From the human T2T-CHM13v2.0 reference genome, Homo sapiens: a DNA stretch of 64,000 nt. How positions within the stretch are numbered: the stretch's first letter is position 1; each line of letters starts with the position of its first letter. A program made the position numbers and the translations under genes. This document shows, in pieces, positions 1 through 11,317 of the stretch. The notes under the pieces were generated by a model that saw nothing but the letters and a program-made list of their open reading frames with translations, did no database searches and had not been told where the DNA came from. The stretch lies in assembly GCF_009914755.1 (NCBI RefSeq), contig NC_060948.1; one strand, 5' to 3'.

Positions 1-630
1 GAAATGGAATTGAAAGGAATGGGATCGAATACAATGGAATATGCTGGAATGTAATGTAATGAACTCGAATGTAATTGACTGGAATGGAATGTACATGAAT
101 GGAATGTAATCGAATGGAAAGTAATCCAATGGAATAGAATCTAATGCAATAAAATCGACTCAGATAGAGTAGAATGTAATGGAATGGAGTGCAGTACAAT
201 GGAATGGAATGGAATGCAATGGAATGGAATGGAATGGAATGGAATGGAATGGAATGGGATGGAATGGGATGGAATGGTATGGAATGGATAGTAATGGACT
301 GGAGTGAAATGGACTGGAAAGGAATGGACTCAAATTGAAAGGGCTCGAAAGGAATGGAGTCAAATGGAATGGTCTGGAATGGAATGAACACGAATGTAAT
401 GCAATCCAATAGAATGGAATCGAATGGCATGGAATATAAAGAAATGGAATCGAAGAGAATGGAAACAAATGGAATGGAATTGAATGGAATGGAATTGAAT
501 GGAATGGGAACGAATGGAGTGAAATTGTATGCAGTAGAAGGGAATAGAATGGAATGCAAGCGAAAGGAAAGGAATGGATTGGAATGGAATGGAATTCATT
601 GGAATGGAAGGGAATGTAGTGTAATGGACA
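1..630 (+). repeat. DYZ1 unit 0 (partial, 3' end)
   Basis: Same landmarks as the unit ends elsewhere (CAGATAGAGTAG, EcoRI at 592); ends before the HaeIII site at 631. Confidence 0.9.
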
Positions 631-648
631 GGCCTGGAATAAAGTGGA
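495..648 (+). other. DYZ1 sexing-PCR amplicon site (154 bp), repeated once per unit
   Basis: Both primer sites are present, the span is 154 bp, and it contains the EcoRI site at 592. Primer sequences are recalled from memory, not searched. Confidence 0.8.
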
Positions 649-1005
649 ATGCTACGGTCTCGAATGGAATAAAAATGTAAGGAATGGAATGCAATGAAAC
701 GGAATCGAATGTCATAGAATGTAATGGAATGCAAAAAAATGGAATCCAAAATCATTGACTGGAAAGGCTGGGTGTCGAAAGGAATTGACTCCAATGGTAT
801 GGAATCGAATGGAATGGAAGTGAATAGAATCGAACTAAATCGAATGGAATGGAATTGATAGGAACGGAATGGAAAGGAATGCAATGAATTGGCATGGAAT
901 GGAATCGAATGGCATCGAATGGAATCGAATGGAATGCAATGGAATGGAATGTATTAGAATGTAATGAACTTTAATGGAATGTAATCGAATGGATTCGACT
1001 GGAAT

Positions 1006-1020
1006 GGAATGTTCTGGAAG
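1006..1020. promoter_or_regulatory. Perfect trimeric heat-shock element HSE-A (recurs in 13 of 18 units)
   Basis: gGAAt-gTTCt-gGAAg matches nGAAnnTTCnnGAAn. Motif match only; binding is not shown. Confidence 0.6.
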
Positions 1021-1285
1021 TGAATGGACTCCAATGGAATGGATTCAAAAGGAATGGAATCGTACGGAATGGAATCTAATGGAATGGAATTAAATGGAAA
1101 TGAATCAAATTGAATAGCACGGAATTGAATTGAATGGAATGGAATGCAATGGAATCTAATGAAACGGAAAGGAAAGGAATGGAATGGAATGGAATGGGCT
1201 GGAATGGAAAGGAATCGAAACGAATGGAATGGAATCGAATTGAAGAGACTGGAATGGAATGCACTGGAATGGAAGGGAGTGTAAT

Positions 1286-1300
1286 GGAAGGTTCTCGAAA
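1286..1300. promoter_or_regulatory. Perfect trimeric heat-shock element HSE-B (recurs per unit)
   Basis: gGAAg-gTTCt-cGAAa matches nGAAnnTTCnnGAAn. Confidence 0.6.
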
Positions 1301-2311
1301 AAAATGGAATGGAATGGAATGGAATTGAATGGAACGGAATAGAGTCGAATGGAATTGAATGGAATGGAATGGACTAGAGTGAAATGGAATCGAACCACAA
1401 GGAATGGACAGGAATAGAATGGTCTCGAATTGAATGGAATCGTATGGAATGGCATCAAACGGAATGGAATGGACAGCCACGGAATGGAATGCACTCGAAT
1501 GCAATGGAGTCGAAACTAATGGACTGGAATAGAATGGACTCGACTGGTACGGACTCCAATGGAATGGAATCGAATGGAAGGGAATCGAACGGAATGGACT
1601 CGAAGGGAAAAGACTGCAATGGAAAGGTCTCGAATGGAATGGAAATTAATGGAATGGAATGGAATCGAATGAAATGGAGTCAAAAGGAATGGAATCGAAT
1701 GGCAAGAAATCGAATGTAATGGAATCGCAAGGAATTGATGTGAACGGAACGGAATGGAATGGAATCCAAAGGAATGGAATAGAATGGAATGGAATCGAAT
1801 GGAAAGGACTCGAATGGAAATCACTCGAATAGAATGCAATTTAATAAAATAGGATCAAATGTAATGGAATGGAATGGAAAGGAATCGAAACGAAAGGAAT
1901 GGAGACAGATGGAATGGAATGGAACAGAGAGCAATGGTATAGAATGGAATGGAATCATCTGGAATGGAATTGAATGGAATGGAATAATATGAAATGGAAT
2001 GGAATGGAATGGAATGGAATGCCCTTGAATTAAATGGACTGGAATGGAATGGACTCGAACAGAGTGGAATGGAAAGTGTTGAGATAGAATGGAATGGACT
2101 CCTTTGGAATGGTGTAGTATGCAATGCAATCGACTGGCAGGGAATCAAAAGGAATGTAATCGAATGGATTGGACTGGAATGCAATGGACTCGAATAGATT
2201 GGAAACGGAATGCAAAGGAATGGAATGGAATAGTATGGAATGGAATGGAAAGGAATGGAGTGGAATAGACTAGAGTGGAATGGAATGGACTGGAAAGCAA
2301 TGGACTGGAAT

Positions 2312-2326
2312 GGAACTTTCTTGAAT
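2312..2326. promoter_or_regulatory. Perfect trimeric heat-shock element HSE-C (recurs per unit)
   Basis: gGAAc-tTTCt-tGAAt matches nGAAnnTTCnnGAAn. Confidence 0.55.
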
Positions 2327-4184
2327 GGACTGGAATCAAACGGAATGGAATGCAATGCAATCAAATGGCATGGAATAAAATAGAATGAAAGAGAATCAAA
2401 TGGAATTGAATCGAATGGAATCGAATGGATTGGAAAGGAATAGAATGGAATGGAATGGAATGGACTAGAATGGAATGGATTCGAATGGAAGGCAAAGGAA
2501 TGGAATCTATTGGAATGGACTGTAATGGAATGGAATGGAAGGGATTGGAATGGACTCGAATGGAATGGACTGCAATAGAAAGGATTCGAATGGAATGAAA
2601 AAGAATTGAATGGAATAGAACAGAATGGAATCAAATCGAATGAAATGGAATGGAATAGAAAGGAATGGAATGAAATGGAATGGAAAGGATTCGAATGGAA
2701 TGCAATCGAATGGAATGGAATCGAACGGAATGGAATAAAATGGAAGAAAACTGGCAAGAAATGGAATCGAAATGAATGGAGTGTTATGGAACGGACTCAA
2801 AAGGAATTGAATGTAATAGAATGGAGTGGAGTGGACTCGAATATAATGGACTGGAATGGAATGAAATCACATGGAATGGGAACGAATGGAATGGAATGGA
2901 AAGGAATGGAATCGAATGGAAAGGAATCGAATGGAAGGGAATGAAATTGAATCAACAGGAATGGAAGGGAATAGAATAGACGGTAATGGAATGGACTCGA
3001 ATAGAATGGACACGAATGCTCAAATTGAATGGACTCGAATGGAATGGAAACGAAAGGAATGTCATCGAATGGAATTGAATCGATTGGAATGAAATCGCAT
3101 AGAATGGAGTGGAATCAAATGGAATTGAATCGAAAGGAAAGGAAGCGAATGGACTGAAATGAAATGGAATGGAATTGAATGGAAAGTAATGCAATGGAAT
3201 AGAATGGAACGAAATTTCACGGAATGGAATCAAACTGAATGGAATCAAATCAATGGAATCAAATCAAATGGAATGGAAAGGAATTGAATGGAGTAGATTG
3301 GATTGGATGGGATTGGAATGAAATGTACTGGAAAGGAATCGAATTTCATGAAACGGAATGGAATGAATTGGAACGGAATGGACTCGAATGGAATGGAATG
3401 TCATGGAATGGCATCAAATGGAATGGCATCAAATGGAATGGAATCGAATGCAATGGAATGCTATGGAATGGAATGGAATGCATTGGAATGGAATGTCCTC
3501 TAATGGAATGGATTCGAGTGGAATGGAATCGAATATAATGGAGTCGAATGAAATGGAATTGAAAGGAGTGGGATCGAATACAATGGAATATACTGGAATG
3601 TAATGTAATGAACTCGAATGTAATTGACTGGAATGGAATGTACATGAATGGAATGTAATCGAATGGAAAGTAATCCAATGGAATAGAATCTAATGCAATA
3701 AAACCGACTCAGATAGAGTAGAATGTAATGGAATGGAGTGCAGTGCAATGGAATGGAATGGAATGGAATGCAATGGAATGGAATGGAATGGAATGGAATG
3801 GAATGGAATGGAATGGAATGGGATGGAATGGGATGGAATGGATAGTAATGGACTGGAGTGAAATGGACTGGAAAGGAATGGACTCAAATTGAAAGGCCTC
3901 GAAAGGAATGGAGTCAAATGGAATGGTCTGGAATGGAATGAACACGAATGTAATGCAATCCAATAGAATGGAATCGAATGGCATGGAATATAAAGAAATG
4001 GAATCGAAGAGAATGGAAACAAATGGAATGGAATTGAATGGAATGGAATTGAATGGAATGGGAACGAATGGAGTGAAATTGTATGCAGTAGAAGGGAATA
4101 GAATGGAATGCAAGCGAAAGGAAAGGAATGGATTGGAATGGAATGGAATTCATTGGAATGGAAGGGAATGTAGTGTAATGGACA

Positions 4185-7100
4185 GGCCTGGAATAAAGTG
4201 GAATGCTACTGTCTCGAATGGAATAAAAATGTATGGAATGGAATGCAATGAAACGGAATCGAATGTCATAGAATGTAATGGAATGCAAAAAAATGGAATC
4301 CAAAATCATTGACTGGAAAGGCTGGGTGTCGAAAGGAATTGACTCCAATGGAATGGAATCGAATGGAATGGAAGTGAATAGAATCGAACTAAATCGAATG
4401 GAATGGAATTGATAGGAACGGAATGGAAAGGAATGCAATGATTTGGCATGGAATGGAATCGAATGGCATCGAATGGAATGGAATGGAATGCAATGGAATG
4501 GAATGTATTAGAATGTAATGAACTTTAATGGAATGTACTCGAATGGATTCGACTGGAATGGAATGTTCTGGAAGTGAATGGACTCCAATGGAATGGATTC
4601 AAAAGGAATGGAATCGTACGGAATGGAATCTAATGGAATGGAATTAAATGGAAATGAATCAAATTGAATAGCACGGAATTGAATTGAATGGAATGGAATG
4701 CAATGGAATCTAATGAAACGGAAAGGAAAGGAATGGAATGGAATGGAATGGGCTGGAATGGAAAGGAATCGAAACGAATGGAATGGAATCGAACTGAAGA
4801 GACTGGAATGGAATGCACTGGAATGGAAGGGAGTGTAATGGAAGGTTCTCGAAAAAAATGGAATGGAATGGAATGGAATTGAATGGAACGGAATAGAGTC
4901 GAATGGAATTGAATGGAATGGAATGGACTAGAGTGAAATGGAATCGAACCACAAGGAATGGACAGGAATAGAATGGTCTCGAATTGAATGGAATCGTATG
5001 GAATGGCATCAAACGGAATGGAATGGACAGCCACGGAATGGAATGCACTCGAATGCAATGGAGTCGAAACTAATGGACTGGAATAGAATGGACTCGACTG
5101 GTACGGACTCCAATGGAATGGAATCGAATGGAAGGGAATCGAACGGAATGGACTCGAAGGGAAAAGACTGCAATGGAAAGGTCTCGAATGGAATGGAAAT
5201 TAATGGAATGGAATGGAATCGAATGAAATGGAGTCAAAAGGAATGGAATCGAATGGCAAGAAATCGAATGTAATGGAATCGCAAGGAATTGATGTGAACG
5301 GAACGGAATGGAATGGAATCCAAAGGAATGGAATAGAATGGAATGGAATCGAATGGAAAGGACTCGAATGGAAATCACTCGAATAGAATGCAATTTAATA
5401 AAATAGGATCAAATGTAATGGAATGGAATGGAAAGGAATCGAAACGAAAGGAATGGAGACAGATGGAATGGAATGGAACAGAGAGCAATGGTATAGAATG
5501 GAATGGAATCATCTGGAATGGAATTGAATGGAATGGAATAATATGAAATGGAATGGAATGGAATGGAATGGAATGTACTTGAATTAAATGGACTGGAATG
5601 GAATGGACTCGAACAGAGTGGAATGTAAAGTGTTGAGATAGAATGCAATGGACTCCTTTGGAATGGTGTAGTATGCAATGCAATCGACTGGCAGGGAATC
5701 AAAAGGAATGTAATGGAATGGATTGGACTGGAATGCAATGGACTCGAATAGATTGGAAACGGAATGCAAAGGAATGGAATGGAATAGTATGGAATGGAAT
5801 GGAAAGGAATGGAGTGGAATAGACTAGAGTGGAATGGAATGGACTGGAAAGCAATGGACTGGAATGGAACTTTCTTGAATGGACTGGAATCAAACGGAAT
5901 GGAATGCAATGCAATCAAATGGCATGGAATAAAATAGAATGAAAGAGAACCAAATGGAATTGAATCGAATGGAATCGAATGGATTGGAAAGGAATAGAAT
6001 GGAATGGAATGGAATTGACTCAAATGGAATGGACTAGAATGGAATGGATTCGAATGGAAGGCAAAGGAATGGAATCTATTGGAATGGACTGTAATGGAAT
6101 GGAATGGAAGGGATTGGAATGGACTCGAATGGAATGGACTGCAATAGAAAGGATTCGAATGGAATGAAAAAGAATTGAATGGAATAGAACAGAATGGAAT
6201 CAAATCGAATGAAATGGAATGGAATAGAAAGGAATGGAATGAAATGGAATGGAAAGGATTCGAATGGAATGCAATCGAATGGAATGGAATCGAACGGAAT
6301 GGAATAAAATGGAAGAAAACTGGCAAGAAATGGAATCGAAATGAATGGAGTGTTATGGAACGGACTCAAAAGGAATTGAATGTAATAGAATGGAGTGGAG
6401 TGGACTCGAATATAATGGACTGGAATGGAATGAAATCACATGGAATGGGAACGAATGGAATGGAATGGAAAGGAATGGAATCGAATGGAAAGGAATCGAA
6501 TGGAAGGGAATGAAATTGAATCAACAGGAATGGAAGGGAATAGAATAGACGGTAATGGAATGGACTCGAATAGAATGGACACGAATGCTCAAATCGAATG
6601 GACTCGAATGGAATGGAAACGAAAGGAATGTCATCGAATGGAATTGAATGGATTGGAATGAAATCGCATAGAATGGAGTGGAATCAAATGGAATTGAATC
6701 GAAAGGAAAGGAAGCGAATGGACTGAAATGAAATGGAATGGAATTGAATGGAAAGTAATGCAATGGAATAGAATGGAACGAAATTTCACGGAATGGAATC
6801 AAACTGAATGGAATCAAATCAATGGAATCAAATCAAATGGAATGGAAAGGAATTGAATGGAGTAGATTGGATTGGATGGGATTGGAATGAAATGTACTGG
6901 AAAGGACTCGAATTTCATGAAACGGAATGGAATGAATTGGAACGGAATGGACTCGAATGGAATGGAATGTCATGGAATGGCATCAAATGGAATGGCATCA
7001 AATGGAATGGAATCGAATGCAATGGAATGCTATGGAATGGAATGGAATGCATTGGAATGGAATGTCCTCTAATGGAATGGATTCGAGTGGAATGGAATCG

Positions 7101-7763
7101 AATATAATGGAGTCGAATGAAATGGAATTGAAAGGAATGGGATCGAATACAATGGAATATACTGGAATGTAATGTAATGAACTCGAATGTAATTGACTGG
7201 AATGGAATGTACATGAATGGAATGTAATCGATTGGAAAGTAATCCAATGGAATAGAATCTAATGCAATAAAATCGACTCAGATAGAGTAGAATGTAATGG
7301 AATGGAGTGCAGTGCAATGGAATGGAATGGAATGGAATGCAATGGAATGGAATGGAATGGAATGGAATGGAATGGAATGGAATGGAATGGGATGGAATGG
7401 GATGGAATGGTATGGAATGGATAGTAATGGACTGGAGTGAAATGGACTGGAAAGGAATGGACTCAAATTGAAAGGGCTCGAAAGGAATGGAGTCAAATGT
7501 AATGGTCTGGAATGGAATGAACACGAATGTAATGCAATCCAATAGAATGGAATCGAATGGCATGGAATATAAAGAAATGGAATCGAAGAGAATGGAAACA
7601 AATGGAATGGAATTGAATGGAATGGAATTGAATGGAATGGGAACGAATGGAGTGAAATTGTATGCAGTAGAAGGGAATAGAATGGAATGCAAGCGAAAGG
7701 AAAGGAATGGATTGGAATGGAATGGAATTCATTGGAATGGAAGGGAATGTAGTGTAATGGACA
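4185..7763 (+). repeat. DYZ1 unit 2 (3579 bp)
   Basis: HaeIII-to-HaeIII spacing; the ORF-track landmarks shift by 3579. Confidence 0.93.
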
Positions 7764-10700
7764 GGCCTGGAATAAAGTGGAATGCTACGGTCTCGAATGG
7801 AATAAAAATGTATGGAATGGAATGCAATGAAACGTAATCGAATGTCATAGAATGTAATGGAATGCAAAAAAATGGAATCCAAAATCATTGACTGGAAAGG
7901 CTGGGTGTCGAAAGGAATTGACTCCAATGGAATGGAATCGAATGGAATGGAAGTGAATAGAATCGAACTAAATCGAATGGAATGGAATTGATAGGAACGG
8001 AATGGAAAGGAATGCAATGATTTGGCATGGAATGGAATCGAATGGCATCGAATGGAATGGAATGGAATGCAATGGAATGGAATGTATTAGAATGTAATGA
8101 ACTTTAATGGAATGTACTCGAATGGATTCGACTGGAATGGAATGTTCTGGAAGTGAATGGACTCCAATGGAATGGATTCAAAAGGAATGGAATCGTACGG
8201 AATGGAATCTAAAGGAATGGAATTAAATGGAAATGAATCAAATTGAATAGCACGGAATTGAATTGAATGGAATGGAATGCAATGGAATCTAATGAAACGG
8301 AAAGGAAAGGAATGGAATGGAATGGAATGGGCTGGAATGGAAAGGAATCGAAACGAATGGAATGGAATCGAACTGAAGAGACTGGAATGGAATGCACTGG
8401 AATGGAAGGGAGTGTAATGGAAGGTTCTCGAAAAAAATGGAATCGAATGGAATGGAATTGAATGGAACGGAATAGAGTCGAATGGAATTGAATGGAATGG
8501 AATGGACTAGAGTGAAATGGAATCGAACCACAAGGAATGGACAGGAATAGAATGGTCTCGAATTGAATGGAATCGTATGGAATGGCATCAAACGGAATGG
8601 AATGGACAGCCACGGAATGGAATGCACTCGAATGCAATGGAGTCGAAACTAATGGACTGGAATAGAATGGACTCGACTGGTACGGACTCCAATGGAATGG
8701 AATCGAATGGAAGGGAATCGAACGGAATGGACTCGAAGGGAAAAGACTGCAATGGAAAGGTCTCGAATGGAATGGAAATTAATGGAATGGAATGGAATCG
8801 AATGAAATGGAGTCAAAAGGAATGGAATCGAATGGCAAGAAATCGAATGTAATGGAATCGCAAGGAATTGATGTGAACGGAACGGAATGGAATGGAATCC
8901 AAAGGAATGGAATAGAATGGAATGGAATCGAATGGAAAGGACTCGAATGGAAATCACTCGAATAGAATGCAATTTAATAAAATAGGATCAAATGTAATGG
9001 AATGGAATGGAAAGGAATCGAAACGAAAGGAATGGAGACAGATGGAATGGAATGGAACAGAGAGCAATGGTATAGAATGGAATGGAATCATCTGGAATGG
9101 AATTGAATGGAATGGAATAATATGAAATGGAATGGAATGGAATGGAATGGAATGCCCTTGAATTAAATGGACTGGAATGGAATGGACTCGAAGAGAGTGG
9201 AATGGAAAGTGTTGAGATAGAATGGAATGGACTCCTTTGGAATGGTGTAGTATGCAATGCAATCGACTGGCAGGGAATCAAAAGGAATGTAATGGAATGG
9301 ATTGGACTGGAATGCAATGGACTCGAATAGATTGCAAACGGAATGCAAAGGAATGGAATGGAATAGTATGGAATGGAATGGAAAGGAATGGAGTGGAATA
9401 GACTAGAGTGGAATGGAATGGACTGGAAAGCAATGGACAGGAATGGAACTTTCTTGAATGGACTGGAATCAAACGGAATGGAATGCAATGCAATCAAATG
9501 GCATGGAATAAAATAGAATGAAAGAGAATCAAATGGAATTGAATCGAATGGAATCGAATGGATTGGAAAGGAATAGAATGGAATGGAATGGAATTGACTC
9601 AAATGGAATGGACTAGAATGGAATGGATTCGAATGGAAGGCAAAGGAATGGAATCTATTGGAATGGACTGTAATGGAATGGAATGGAAGGGATTGGAATG
9701 GACTCGAATGGAATGGACTGCAATAGAAAGGATTCGAATGGAATGAAAAAGAATTGAATGGAATAGAACAGAATGGAATCAAATCGAATGAAATGGAATG
9801 GAATAGAAAGGAATGGAATGAAATGGAATGGAAAGGATTCGAATGGAATGCAATCGAATGGAATGGAATCGAACGGAATGGAATAAAATGGAAGAAAACT
9901 GACAAGAAATGGAATCGAAATGAATGGAGTGTTATGGAACGGACTCAAAAGGAATTGAATGTAATAGAATGGAGTGGAGTGGACTCGAATATAATGGACT
10001 GGAATGGAATGAAATCACAAGGAATGGGAACGAATGGAATGGAATGGAAAGGAATGGAATCGAATGGAAAGGAATCGAATGGAAGGGAATGAAATTGAAT
10101 CAACAGGAATGGAAGGGAATAGAATAGACGGTAATGGAATGGACTCGAATAGAATGGACACGAATGCTCAAATTGAATGGACTCGAATGGAATGGAAACG
10201 AAAGGAATGTCATCGAATGGAATTGAATGGATTGGAATGAAATCGCATAGAATGGAGTGGAATCAAATGGAATTGAATCGAAAGGAAAGGAAGCGAATGG
10301 ACTGAAATGAAATGGAATGGAATTGAATGGAAAGTAATGCAATGGAATAGAATGGAACGAAATTTCACGGAATGGAATCAAACTGAATGGAATCAAATCA
10401 ATGGAATCAAATCAAATGGAATGGAAAGGAATTGAATGGAGTAGATTGGATTGGATGGGATTGGAATGAAATGTACTGGAAAGGACTCGAATTTCATGAA
10501 ACGGAATGGAATGAATTGGAACGGAATGGACTCGAATGGAATGGAATGTCATGGAATGGCATCAAATGGAATGGCATCAAATGGAATGGAATCGAATGCA
10601 ATGGAATGCTATGGAATGGAATGGAATGCATTGGAATGGAATGTCCTCTAATGGAATGGATTCGAGTGGAATGGAATCGAATATAATGGAGTCGAATGAA

Positions 10701-11317
10701 ATGGAATTGAAAGGAGTGGGATCGAATACAATGGAATATACTGGAATGTAATGTAATGAACTCGAATGTAATTGACTGGAATGGAATGTACATGAAAGGA
10801 ATGTAATCGAATGGAAAGTAATCCAATGGAATAGAATCTAATGCAATAAAATCGACTCAGATAGAGTAGAATGTAATGGAATGGAGTGCAGTGCAATGGA
10901 ATGGAATGGAATGGAATGCAATGGAATGGAATGGAATGGAATGGAATGGAATGGGATGGAATGGGATGGAATGGATAGTAATGGACTGGAGTGAAATGGA
11001 CTGGAAAGGAATGGACTCAAATTGAAAGGGCTCGAAAGGAATGTAGTCAAATGGAATGGTCTGGAATGGAATGAACAGGAATGTAATGCAATCCAATAGA
11101 ATGGAATCGAATGGCATGGAATATAAAGAAATGGAATCGAAGAGAATGGAAACAAATGGAATGGAATTGAATGGAATGGAATTGAATGGAATGGGAACGA
11201 ATGGAGTGAAATTGTATGTAGTAGAAGGGAATAGAATGGAATGCAAGCGAAAGGAAAGGAATGGATTGGAATGGAATGGAATTCATTGGAATGGAAGGGA
11301 ATGTAGTGTAATGGACA
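7764..11317 (+). repeat. DYZ1 unit 3 (3554 bp)
   Basis: HaeIII spacing; near-identical to unit 6. Confidence 0.93.

Larger units (their letters stand above)
631..4184 (+). repeat. DYZ1 unit 1 (3554 bp)
   Basis: Bounded by GGCC at 631 and 4185; 15-bp deletion near 2460; extra GGCC at 3895. Confidence 0.93.

Noticed and set aside
3210-3224. Additional HSE-like site cGAAatTTCacGGAa
   Set aside because: Only two correct nGAAn units are present and the third is mismatched, so I did not count it.
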